From assembly GCF_964204645.1 (NCBI RefSeq), contig NC_134031.1, positions 7,998,001 through 8,062,000 of the forward strand: DNA of 64,000 bases. Direction: 5' to 3'. The notes beneath the pieces were generated by a model that ran no database searches, was not told the origin of the DNA, and worked only from the letters and a program-made list of their open reading frames with translations. The position numbers and the translations under genes were made by a program. This stretch comes from Tubulanus polymorphus (taxonomy: Eukaryota; Animalia; Nemertea). Positions 12,172-25,097 of the stretch are shown here, piece by piece. Within the stretch, counting starts at the first letter, position 1. Every line of letters starts with the position of its first letter.

Positions 12172-13519
12172 CTTGATGAAGAATGGTAAGCTCCGTATTT
12201 AACCCGCGTATACCCGTGTTCAATGCAGCCTCCGAACGCCACAATTGTCGTTGAATTTGCACGACAGATGTGGATTCTTACAACCGAAACTGCGTGAAGT
12301 GTAGACGCTACTTGCCGCGAACGCACGTTTTCGTCGAACCCACGTACTACGAGTAAAGCCCGACGTTTTATCGTTTGCGGGCAAAACGTTTTGTGAAAAA
12401 CGTATTTTCTTTTTCGGCGAAACAAATTTTTTGCCGTGTGCGTTGGGCTTTATGCTGAATAACTGAATTGAATCGGTTTTGGCTTAATAAAATAGAATTG
12501 AATTGGCTCATCTGCCGCTTTAAATGACTTTTATATATCTTTGAAATACATTTCATTACGAATTTTGGCTCCCAAGTAACAAAATCATTAGAAAATAGTA
12601 TTTGTAAGTGAAAATAATTACGTCATAAAAAGATACCAGCGATAAATGTGAAAATAATTCCGCCGTTATAAATATATCGCATTAGTACCTAGAAATAATC
12701 TAGCTAAAAATAATCACCTTCAAAACGTTTCATGAGTAAAAATAATTTTACAATTTGTCACCAAGGTTGGGTTTGAGAATCGCGCGTTCTCAAGGTAAGG
12801 CAAGCTAAAAGGATTAGCTACGTGTGTGGGAAGAACTGAGATTTATCATTCGTCTATTGTTTTCGCAAAAAACCGATAATTCATTAATCTACTGATATGT
12901 TCGTGATGAACTTACAGACTTGACCGTTGATTCAAAAACCAATAAGGGCCTATCTCTAAATCTTGAGAAGTTACGATTCTTAGCAACAAGCGATATGTGA
13001 ATTTGTATTCCTATCTTGTCGTTCGTATTCTTCCTTAAAATGTCTTTGAGAAACAAAAAAATCAACTTATAAGATTTGTATAATATATATCTAATTTTTC
13101 CGTTTAATAGTTGGTTGACGGATAGCAATCTAAAGTGACTGTAAAATGGGAAAACATTTCTATAATAGTTGTGACAATCACACGGTGCCATGGAGTGTGA
13201 CTGAACTGTCCATTGAACTCTGCTGTATTTGTGTATTCCACGCTATTTGTTATTCACGGTCTGTGAACATCATATTGACAGCAATGTATACATATCCGTG
13301 TGAGAATAAATCGGGAGGCATCGGTAAGATCAAGCTGAGCATTGTGATACCGAATTCCGTTTCTGGTCTCTCTCGTCTAACACTACAATAATCCCAAAAT
13401 ATACAACCTTTGTACCGATGCGAAAGATATATTGTTGAATCATTAAGACGTTATAACTAAAAGAATGATTTTGTTCACAACGCTTTTATTTGTCATTCAA
13501 TACATATCCAGGAAATGCA

Positions 13520-13659
13520 TTAGTTTTTGCAGCATTTTCCAATACCCCAGCTGCAACAGTTGCTGCTAGTTCCACCAATCAGCTAGTAGGTTTCCTGACC
13601 GAGGCCGAATCTACCTGGGCAGAAACATGGTACACCTCTCTTGGCAATATGTACTTCAT
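13520..13659 (-). pseudogene. Orphan exon 3 of a B-type peptide gene
   Basis: Reads DEVHIAKRGVPCFCPGRFGLGQETY*LIGGTSSNCCSWGIGKCCKN, with a TGG>TAG stop at 13583-13585. Homology to the B intron ends at ~13680 and no signal-peptide exon follows. Confidence 0.9.
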
Positions 13660-14597
13660 CTGTAATTCAAAAAGATCATATAAACAAATCTAACAGTTGA
13701 TTTTTTTGTTTCACAAAGACATTTTAAGGAAGAATACGAACGACAAGATAGAAATACAAATTCACATATCACTTGTTGCTGGGAATCGTAACTTCTCAAG
13801 ATTAAGAGATAGGCCCTTCAGTCACACTCAATAGCACCGTGTGATTGTCACGACTATTATAGAAATGATTTCCCCTTTTTACAGTCAATAATATTCACTT
13901 TAGATTGCTATCTTTCAACCACCTATAAAACGGAAAAAAATTAGATATATTATACAAATCTTATAAGTTGTTTTTTTTTGTTTCAAAAAGACATTTTAAG
14001 GAAGAATACGAACGACAAGATAGAAATACAAATTCACATATCACTTGTTGCTGAGAATCGTAACTTCTCAAGATTTAGAGATAGGCCCCTTATTGGTTTT
14101 TGAATGAATGGTCAAGTCTGTAAGTTCATCATGATAATATCAGTAGATTAATGAATTATCGGTTTTTGCTGAAACAATAGACGAAAGATAAATCTCAGTT
14201 CTTCCCACACACTACCTCATCCTTGTATTTACCTTGAGAACGCGTGACTCTCGAACTCAACCTGGTGACAAATTGTGAAATTATTTTTACTCATGAAACG
14301 TTTTGAATGTGATTATTTTTAGCTAGATTATTTCTAGGTACTAATGCGATATATTCATATTTTATTCAGCCAAAACCAATTCAATTCACGAAAGTTCGAC
14401 GAAAACCGGCGTTCGCAACAAGTAGCGTCTACACTTCACCCAGTTTCGGTTGTAAGAATCCACATCTGTAGTGCAAATTCAACGGCAATTGTGACGCCCG
14501 GATGCTGCATTGAACACGGGTTCACAGACTACACAGAGAAGATGCAGAGTTTAACGTGTACGTAGGTTAAATACGGAGCGTACCATTCTTCATCAAG

Positions 14598-14906
14598 AGC
14601 TACGTCTACACTCACTGCACCCGGGTAACGCGTCTACACTACGTTCGAAGCACGGCTTCAATGCCGAGTTTTCCACCAAACTCGGGTTTTAGAAACCCAT
14701 CTTGAAAATGAAGGGTAGCCTACATTCCGCATTGGACCCGTGTGAGTAAAGTGTAGATCAGTTTACATACTCACTGCGAACGAGGGTTTTTGTAGAACCC
14801 GCGTCCATCGATACCCGGGTTTTGCAGAAAACTGTGCATCGAACCCTCGTTTCAAACAAAGTGTAGACGCGTAACCCGGGTATAATAAGCAAATGTAGAA
14901 GTAGCT
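14598..14906. mobile_element. PIF/Harbinger-like MITE (copy 2)
   Basis: Same TIRs and internal sequence as 11862-12171, in opposite orientation. Confidence 0.7.
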
Positions 14907-15361
14907 TAAGGGTAGTAATATACTTTCATTAAGATTATAAAAACGGGATCTCGAGAGCACAGAGCCTTTGGCCCTCTAGTGTTTGTTTTTAGGACAATGC
15001 TTGAGTGAATCTAATAGTGTTAAGACATGTTTGATGAGTCGATATTTTTCAGTTGCTGGAGGAGAACATCTAGTCATATAGTCGACAAAAACCCACATTG
15101 ACAAAAACCCACAAAAAACCACATTGTCTATGGAAACCAACAAATCTAGTCATATCTTTAATCAAGAATCAATATCAAACAAAACGACTTGTAGTCACGC
15201 AGGATATTTTGAATTTCCGAAAAAGGCAATCTCGACTAGCGTTAATCCACTTTCTAGGAAAGTAATTTGAATCAGACAGAAAAAGATCATTATTTTCATA
15301 TTCAATTCATTTTATTGACTTTCTATGTATCAAACATTTCTTGTTTAACAATGATTTTAGA

Positions 15362-16259
15362 TTACCAACAACATCTACCAATAGCAAATCCGCTACCACT
15401 ACAGCAGTTGTGATCTGGTCCACCAATCACCCACCATGTTCCTCGTTTGCCGTTGACTTTGCAGGTACATGGAATTCCTCTCTTTTCAATCTCAACTTCT
15501 ATCATGCATTTAGAGAACTTTAAGTGATTTTTTTAGATACCTTGCCACAATTGTTAGAACCAAATGGATGGATTATGGTGGCCATATTCGGGCCATAACA
15601 TAAAATTCCTGGTATGCAAATGAGGGCGCCAGAACGCGAAAACGAAATTATACGTCAAATTTTCTTTAAAAATATGTTTTGGCGCGCCAAAACAAATGAT
15701 ATTCCGTTTCGGCGCCCCCACCGAAATGAACTTTCATTTTGGTGCCCCCGCCAAAACAACGAAAAACGTCGAAATTTCTCTGAAAGTTCGTTTTGGTGCA
15801 CGAAAACATAGAAAATTCCGTTTCGACACCCCCGCCAAAACGAACTTTCGTTTTGGCGCTCCCACCAAAACGACGAAAAACGTCTAAATTTCTCAAAAAT
15901 CCGTTTTGGTGCGCCAAAACAAATATTATTCCGTTTTCCGGAATTTTCTTTGTTTTGGCGCGCCAAAACGGACTTTCAGAGGATAGTGGACTTTTTTTTC
16001 GTTTTGGCGTTCTGGCGCCCTGATTTGCATACCAGAAATTTTTCGCTATGGTCCTTATCAGCCACCATAATGGGCCATAAGACACCCGAAAGATTTTTGT
16101 CCGAATTATACTAAATTAATGGTTCAGGACCATGAAACAATGGTTAAGGACCTTGTTAGCATATCTAGATACAGATATGATATGATATTTACCTTCAGCA
16201 GCAACGGCTCCAATGACCATAAAAACGGCCAAGGCAACGAAAAGAGTTTTGGTAAACAT
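15362..16259 (-). CDS. Secreted six-Cys peptide A3; exons 16259-16193, 15498-15362; MITE in intron
   Basis: MFTKTLFVALAVFMVIGAVAAE-EVEIEKR-GIPCTCKVNGKRGTWWVIGGPDHNCCSGSGFAIGRCCW*. Splice sites are intact. Confidence 0.88.
15574..16069. mobile_element. IS3EU-like MITE inserted in the intron of A3
   Basis: Termini TATGGTGGC...GCCACCATA, ~80-bp imperfect TIR, internal TTTTGGCGCGCCAAAA repeats. Flanks ATGGAT/ATGGGC compare with the empty site ATGGAC in paralogs A1 and A4, implying a 6-bp TSD. Confidence 0.85.
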
Positions 16260-18059
16260 TCTGAAAATTGTATGAAACAAAATGAATTATCACGTATGCA
16301 AAAATGCAAAAATGCAAATGAATTTAGATTATTGGGAAACTTACCTGAATGAGTAGGTGTATGAATGCGTAGACAATCCAACAACCAAAACTGGTAAAAA
16401 TAATTTCTTTTATAACGATATAGGGCCTATGTACAAGAAATCAGCTTTTCAGATGATACTTATCACGTATGCATAAAAACAAAAGCTTTACATTTTCAAT
16501 GAAGATATTTTCATGTATTTCCAATGTTACTAAAATAAACACCTAAGCCACAGCTTGCAATTTTATGTCGCTAAAATTTATTCAACTCCACCGCTTTTTA
16601 GCAATATGTATATGGGTTTCACGGAAATCGACATTGGTTCGGGTTTTAAGATGAGCGACTTGTATTTTTCATTTTTTTCAAACCGATACTAAGATGAACC
16701 TCGCGGTGACTGCTCATAGGTTTCTCTTGAGAAATCAAGGTCTAGTCAACCTTTAGCAGATAAACAAACAAACAATCATCTTCCATGGGTAGAACAAGTG
16801 CCGAATCAATGGGCGTTTTCAAATTAAGGGTCAGATTCTTTCGAGACTGCAAAACAAGATAATAATATAATAACGAATTCTAAATACTGTATGTAGCCAG
16901 ACAGAGCATCTCAAAAATAAGAAAGAAATCAAGAGTTAGGCTATTTTCCGGCCCCGTAATAATTTTTACGATCCAAATTGTGCCCTTTTCTGGAGTCACC
17001 TCCTAATATTCTGAAAAGAATCGTGCATAATGAAAACCGGAATGAAAATAAACAAGTACGTATCTCAGTTAGTATTCATGTAATCAAATTGGAATCAAAT
17101 AAAAAACAAGTATAAGAGAATAGAGACATTACCTCAGGAGCAGTAGTAAAAATTCAAGAACTAAAACTTACAATAAAATATGTACGCGTAAAATATACAA
17201 AAACATATCATACAAAGTGCATCTACCCTAGAAATAAACTTAAAATTTACTTGAAAAAAAAGATCAGAAATCGGCTGAAAGTGACGATGAGAGAAGAGGA
17301 AACAGATCAGTAAATGCAACATCGGTAAAATGTGGACAAGTATAGTAGAAAAATAAATTAAATGAAATAATCAGAAATGAGCCATGATTAGGTAATTTGA
17401 CGAAATACCAGAGAAAAGTAGTGAAGTAGACCTACAAAACGATCGTAAATGTAAGAATTAGAAATTTTGGTTTTTTAGTTTTTGCTTTATGAAGTTAGAA
17501 TAGCATCTTTAAGACACTTTGAAGTCTGAATTCCTTCTTTAGTAAGCCTACTTCGAAGTCAAAATTTCATTTTAATAGAAATTCCGTTTCCGTGGCTTTC
17601 TGAGTTATATTTTGTTTAATCTTAGCCCACTGGATGGGGGTATTGGATGATACCAGGATGTGTGGTCATAAAAACGCAACTAATACAAACAAACCAAACC
17701 CATATTTAGCTTGCTGTCGGGGAATAACGTAACATTTCTGGCATATTCAGACGAGGCCGCTGAGTACGCTAAAGAGAAGCATCGAATTTTCGCACCAAAA
17801 ATGAGTGAGTCTTGTATGTTCTTTGTTGCATAATATAGAAATGTTGAACAACGATAGATGTGACATTCCTAAGGGCAATAACGTTACAATAATTGAGGTT
17901 CTGAACATTTCTAAACATTCCTAATGAATCTGATATTCTCCATAACTTCACACGCACAAGGCTATGATACAGGTAGGGGCGGATGCAGGGTCCGGGTTAA
18001 AGTGACGGTACTAATATAGGGATATGAAAAACGTAATACTTTAAAACGGTTCACCTAAT

Positions 18060-18250
18060 GTTTTGTAAATATTGATTACGCCTTGATAATCCAATACCAG
18101 GATATATGATATATGAATATATTATGGAGAATTAAATGGAGAGTCCCCTCGTGTGTGGATATAAAATCTGGAATTGTAAAATACTGGGCATATCTTCAGT
18201 GTTAAGAAATGGGGAATCTTAATCAAGTACTGCTCAACTTGAATCCTTAA
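18060..18250 (+). mobile_element. Degraded LINE (CR1/L2-group) ORF2 C-terminal fragment
   Basis: Disrupted translation includes TPGYMIY, YGELNG and VDIKSGIVKYWAYL, resembling the YGELGR.PL...IK..IIKYW motif. Confidence 0.45.
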
Positions 18251-20213
18251 TTGACCAATTTCTTCAACGATGGCACCCGTACTTCTTAACATCTTTCAAA
18301 GCCATGACATATCGTGAAATTGAATCAATTTTTATGCCTAGAAGACTAGAACCGGACATCTCCCTATTGCGGGAATCCTATCGTTTTGTGACACTGGTTG
18401 ATTTCGGTGTAGCAATCACAATTTCTCAATTGAAAAACGTAGACGAAACAATATCCCTAGAAGAGTAGTAAACAAGAAAATTAATTTTAGAAAATTATTT
18501 GACTCCTGGGAAAAAAATGTAGAATTTCTGGGCTAAGCTAATGTGGAATTGCAAATTTGAAATCGAAGTTTTAAGAAATTTTGGGGAATGATGAGATTTG
18601 GCGATTGGGTAGATGATACAGGTCTTCGACTCTAGTAGTGGTTTAAATTTTTTTATTGAAAATTCTCAATAATTGATCGCGAACTTGCGACCGACTTCAT
18701 TTACTTATGCCTCTAAGCTGGTCTGCAACTTCATTGCCTCCATGGATGAAGAAAGTGCTCTTCTGATGTCTGCTTCATCATGACTTCGAGCATATCGTGT
18801 GGCCTAGCCAGCCGGCCCGGTCCCCGGGCCCGGGCCACGGGTTTGGCTGTCACTCGATATCCTAGAGTCTTGAGTCTGGGTGGGTTGAAGTAGACATTGT
18901 CATTAAAAATAACATGCTTATGTTGTTCTGTATGAATTACCCGTGTGTCATGTATGTTGTATTAATTTATTTTAAAATTTGTATTTATTGAATTTCGGAA
19001 TTTTATCCCGGAATTTCAATGTAATAAGGATCAATAAAGAATTGGATTGAATTGTCACCTAATACACATGCCGTCAGAGGACACGGAGCCGTATATGACA
19101 GCTATGCTATTATAAATTGCTAATCTCACAAAACTTGCATACTCCTAATATCAAACATATTTTCACAAACGATTGAATATTGAAATTATATGTTTACACA
19201 TTTTCATATTGACCGCTTGTAGCCGCTGATGAAATTCACGCCGGCCCTACACACATCGTAGATAGCTTCGTCATTCCACCGGCATGCCCACGTCAGGGTC
19301 TACCTTTTATATCAAACTTCCGCATCGTGTATACATCCGCCATTTAACCGAATAATCCGATTTACTTATCATTTCTATTTATGCCTGCCGCTTCTGATAT
19401 AATCATACATCCTTTACTATTACAATACGTCTTCTAATGATATTCAATGCAATATAACATTTCAACGTTCAAATATAGGTCATCATATAATCACAGGAAG
19501 CCATTCTACATCTATGTCAATAATATATTGCCAGATAGCTTGTTTGTGTACACATAAACCTGTGACGTTTTGCACATCGATTTACGGCTGTCGTTTGTAA
19601 AATGACGCTGAATGGTTAGCATTGTTTAGGTTTCATAATGGTAAAGTTTTATAAGGCGTCAAAAAACGTCTGAAATACACCAGATATTTCTATCTCAACG
19701 TATCTACCCATTCATCTCCCAACACAATTTTGACAGGAGGGGCCTCAATGTAGACTCTAAAACCAACCAAGCCAACTTCGTTGGGATCGTATAGTAATGC
19801 ATTCTGGAATGGTTGAAAGATGAGAATGAGTGTTCCAATGAGTCAACCTACGTATAAGTCATAAGTTATCAAACCAACACTTTTGATCGATGATATTAAG
19901 CCAGGTATCCCATTTTTGCAAACACACATTAAAAAAACAACCAAACTTTTGAATACGTATTTTCACACATGTCACGATGAAAAATCATGAATAATTTTTT
20001 GAATAATCCAAGTGGCATTTAATATCGGATGCAAATCCCACCACAGGCTGTTGCTTATTTGAGACAATAAATGCAGGATTTTGGCAATTGAAATTTACTG
20101 TTGTATCAACACAGACACCAATAACAACCAGGTAAGCACGTTTCTATGAAAAAAAAATAATACCAAAACGAACGCTCAATCGTCAAATGATTTATCGAAA
20201 ATCTATTTTCAGA

Positions 20214-20523
20214 ATGTTTACTAAAACTTTGATCGTGGCTTTGGCCATTTTCATGGTCCTCGGAGCCGCCAACGCAGCAGGTATTTTTTTATTAATTTTT
20301 TTAATAATCAAAATAGTTTCGTCTGATGTATAAAATTTTCGTACAGTTTTTAGATTTGCTAACGTGATCTTTTTGAATTACAGATGAAGTACATATTGCC
20401 AAGAGAGGTGTACCATGTTTCTGCCCAGGTAGATTCGGTCTCGGCCAGGGAACCTATTGGCTGATTGGTGGACCTAGCAGCAACTGTTGCAGCTGGGGTA
20501 TTGGAAAATGCTGCAAAAACTAA
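20214..20523 (+). CDS. Secreted six-Cys BDS/anemone-toxin-like peptide B1 (68-aa precursor); exons 20214-20280, 20384-20523
   Basis: MFTKTLIVALAIFMVLGAANAA-DEVHIAKR-GVPCFCPGRFGLGQGTYWLIGGPSSNCCSWGIGKCCKN*. Phase-1 intron at the same position as in A genes. 5'UTR donor CAG|GTAAGC at 20131/20132. AATAAA at ~20553. Confidence 0.92.
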
Positions 20524-21632
20524 TGCATTCCCTGAATATGTATTGAATGACAAATAAAACCGTTCGGAACAAAATCATTGGGTTAGTTATAACGTCTTAA
20601 TGATTCAACATATCTTTCGCATCGGTACAAAGGTTGTATATTTTGGGATTATTGTAGTGTTAGACGAGAGAGACCAGAAACGGGATTCAGTTTCACAACG
20701 CTCAGCTTGATCTTGCCAATGCCTCCCGATTTATTCTCATACGGATAATGTATACATTGCTGTAAATATGATGTTCATAGACCGTGAATAAGAAATAGCG
20801 TGGAATACACGAATACAGCAGAGTTCAATGGACAGATCAGTCACACTCAATAGCACCGTGTGATTGTCACGACTATTATAGAAATGATTTCCCCTTTTTA
20901 CAGTCAATAATATTCACTTTAGATTGCTATCTTTCAACCACCTATAAAACGGAAAAAAATTAGATATATTATAAAAATCTTGTAAGTTGATTTTTTTGTT
21001 TCACAAAGACATTTTAAGGAAGAATACGAACGACAAGACAGGAATACAAATTCACATATCACTTGTTGCTGGGAATCGTAACTTCTCAAGATTTAGAGAT
21101 AGGCCCTTATTGGTTTTTGAATGAATCGTCAAGTCTGTAAGGTAATCATGATAATATCAGTAGATTAATGAATTATCGGTTTTTTGCGAAAACAATAGAC
21201 GAATGATAAATCTCAGTTCTTCCCACAAACGCACCTCATCCTTGTATTTACATTGAGAAGGCGCGACTCTCGAACTCAACCTGGTGACAAATTGTGAAAT
21301 TATTTTTACTCATGAAACGTTTTGAAGGTGATTATTTTTAGCTAGATTATTTCTAGGTACTAATGCGATATGTTTATAACAGCGCAATTATATTCACATT
21401 TATCGCTGGTATCTTTTTATGACGTAATTACGACGAAAACCGGCGTTCGCAGCAAGTAGCGTCTACACTTTCACCCAGTTTCGGTTGTAAGAATCCACAT
21501 CTGTAGTGCAAATTCAACCACAATTGTGACGCCCGGATGCTGCATTGAACACGGGTTCACAGACTACACTGAGAAGATGCAGAGTTTAACGCGTACGCGG
21601 GTTAAATACGGAGCGTACCCTTCTTCATCAAG

Positions 21633-21942
21633 AGCTACGTCTACACTCACTGCACCCGGGTAACGCGTCTACACTACGTTCAAAGCACAGCTTCAATGCC
21701 GAGTTTTGCGCCAAACTCGGGTTTTCAGAAACCCATCTTGAGAATGAAGGGTAGCCTACATTCCGCATTGGACCCGTGTGAGTTAAGTGTAGATCAGGCT
21801 ACATACTCACTGCGAACGCGGGTTTTCGTCGAACCCGCGTCCATCGATACCCGGGTTTTGCAGAAAACTGTGCATCGAACCCTCGTTTCAACCAAAGTGT
21901 AGACGCGTAACCCGGGTTTAATAAGCAAGTGTAGACGTAGCT
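21633..21942. mobile_element. PIF/Harbinger-like MITE (copy 3)
   Basis: Same element as 11862-12171 and 14598-14906. Confidence 0.7.
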
Positions 21943-22325
21943 TAAGGGTAGTAATATACTTTCATCAAGATTATAAAAACGGGACCTCGAGAGCCAGAGC
22001 CTTTGGTCCTCTAGTGTTTGCTTTTAGGACAATGCTTGGGTGAATCTAATAGTGTTAAGACATGTTTGATGAGTCGATATTTTTCAGTTGCTGGAGGAGA
22101 ACATCTAGTCATACCTTTAATCGAGAATCAATGTCAAACAAAACGACTTGTAGTCACGCAGTATATTTTGAATTTCCGAAAAAGGCAATCTCGACTAGCG
22201 TTAATCCACTTTCTAGAGAAGTAATTTGAATCAGACAGAAAAGAATCATAATTTTCATATTCATTATAATTCATTTTATTGGCTTTCTATGTATCAAACA
22301 TTTCTTTTTTAACAATGATTTTAGA

Positions 22326-22727
22326 TTACCAACAACATCTACCAATAGCAAATCCGCTACCACTGCAGCAGTTGTGATCTGGTCCACCAATCACCCACCA
22401 GGTTCCTCGTTTGCCGTTGACTTTACAGGTACATGGAATTCCTCTCTTTTTAATCTCAACTTCTATAATGCATTTAGAGAACTTTAAGTGATTTTTTTAG
22501 ATACCTTGCCACATGAGTAATTGTTAGAACCAAATGGATGGACCATGAGACGCCAAAAACATTTTTGTCCAAATTATACTAAATTCATGGTCCAGGACCA
22601 TGCAACAATGGTTTAGGACCTTGTTAGCATGTCTAGATACAGATATGATATGATATTCACCTTCAGCAGCAACGGCCCCAATGACCATGAAAACGGCCAA
22701 GGCAACGAAAAGAGTTTTGGTAAACAT
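22326..22727 (-). CDS. Secreted six-Cys peptide A4 (mature peptide identical to A3); exons 22727-22661, 22462-22326
   Basis: MFTKTLFVALAVFMVIGAVAAE-EVEIKKR-GIPCTCKVNGKRGTWWVIGGPDHNCCSGSGFAIGRCCW*. Confidence 0.9.
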
Positions 22728-25097
22728 TCTGAAAATTGTATGAAACAAAATGAATTATCACGTATAAAGGTATCTGAGTAAAAAATGCAAATGAATTTAG
22801 ATTATTGAGAAACTTACCTGAATGAGTAGGTGTATGAATGCGTAGACAATCCAACAACCAAAACTGGTAAAAATAATTTCTTTTATAGCGATATAGGGCC
22901 TATTTACATGAAATCGGCTTTTCAGATGATACTTATCACGTATGCATAAAAACAAAAGCTTTGCATTTTCGATGAAGATATTTTCATGTATTTTCAATGT
23001 TACTAAAATAAACACCTAAGCCACAGCTTGCAATTTTATGTCACTCAAATTTATTCAACTCCACCGCTTTTTAGCAATATTTATATGGGTTTCAAGGAAA
23101 TCGACATTGGTTCGGGTTTTAAGATGAGCGACTTTTTTCACTTTTTCAAACTGATACTAAGAAGGATCATCTTGCGGTGACTGCTCATAGGTTTTCTCTC
23201 GAGAAATCAAGGTGTGGTCGACGTTTAGCAGATAGACAAACAAACGATCATCTTCCATGGGTTGAACAAGTGCCGAATTAATGGGCGTTTTCAAATTAAG
23301 GGTCAGATTCTTTCGAGACTGCAAAACAAGATAGTAATATAGTAACGAATTCTAAATACTGTATGTAGCCAGTATTAGCCAAATTATTTGACTCCTGGGA
23401 AAAAAATGTAGAATTTCTGGGCTAAGCTAATGTGGAATTGCAAATTTGAAATCGAAGTTTTAAGAAATTTTGGGGAATGATGAGATTTGGCGATTGGGTA
23501 GATGATACAGGTCTTCGACTCTAGTAGTGGTTTAAATATTTTTATTGAAAATTCTCAATAATTGATCGCGAACTTGCGACCGACTTCATTTACTTATGCC
23601 TCTAAGCTGGTCTGCAACTTCATTGCCTCCATGGATGAAGAAAGAGCTCTTCTGATGTCTGCTTCATCATGACTTCGAGCATATCGTGTGGCCTAGCCAG
23701 CCGGCCCGGTCCCCGGGCCCGGGCCACGGGTTTGGCTGTCACTCGATATCCTAGAGTCTTGAGTCTGGGTGGGTTGAAGTAGACATTGTCATTAAAAATA
23801 ACATGCTTATGTTGTTCTGTATGAATTACCCGTGTGTCATGTATGTTGTATTAATTTATTTTAAAATTTGTATTTATTGAATTTCGGAATTTTATCCCGG
23901 AATTTCAATGTAATAAGGATCAATAAAGAATTGGATTGAATTGTCACCTAATACACATGCCGTCAGAGGACACGGAGCCGTATATGACAGCTATGCTATT
24001 ATAAATTGCTAATCTCACAAAACTTGCATACTCCTAATATCAAACATATTTTCACAAACGATTGAATATTGAAATTATATGTTTACACATTTTCATATTG
24101 ACCGCTTGTAGCCGCTGATGAAATTCACGCCGGCCCTACACACATCGTAGATAGCTTCGTCATTCCACCGGCATGCCCACGTCAGGGTCTACCTTTTATA
24201 TCAAACTTCCGCATCGTGTATACATCCGCCATTTAACCGAATAATCCGATTTACTTATCATTTCTATTTATGCCTGCCGCTTCTGATATAATCATACATC
24301 CTTTACTATTACAATACGTCTTCTAATGATATTCAATGCAATATAACATTTCAACGTTCAAATATAGGTCATTATATAATCACAGGAAGCCATTCTACAT
24401 CTATGTCAATAATATTTTGCCAGATAGCTTGTTTGTGTACACATAAACCTGTGACGTTTTGCACATCGATTTACGGCTGTCGTTTGTAAAATGACGCTGA
24501 ATGGTTAGCATTGTTTAGGTTTCATAATGGTAACGTTTTATAAGGCGTCAAAAAACGTCTGAAATACACCAGATATTTCTATCTCAACGTCCCATTCATC
24601 TCCCAACACAATTTTGACAGGAGGGGCCTCAATGTAGACTCTAAAACCAACCAAGCCAACTTCGTTGGGATCGTATAGTAATGCATTCTGGAATGGTTGA
24701 AAGATGAGAATGAGTGTTCCAATGAGTCAACCTACGTATAAGTCATAAGTTATCAAACCAACACTTTTGATCGATGATATTAAGCCAGGTATCCCATTTT
24801 TGCAAACACACATGAAAAAAACAACCAAACTTTTGAATACTTATTTTCACACATGTCACGATGAAAAATCATGAATAATTTTTTGAATAATCCAAGAGGC
24901 ATTTAATATCGGATGCAAATCCCACCACAGGCTGTTGCTTATTTGAGACAATAAATGCAGGATTTTGGCAATTGAAATTTACTGTTGTATCAACACAGAC
25001 ACCAATAACAACCAGGTAAGCACGTTTCTATGAAAAAAAATAATACCAAAACGAACGCTCAATCGTCAAATGATTTTATCGAAAATCTATTTTCAGA

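Noticed and set aside
15614-16085. Five overlapping ORFs up to 139 aa
   Set aside because: All lie within the repeat-rich intronic MITE and show no protein motif.
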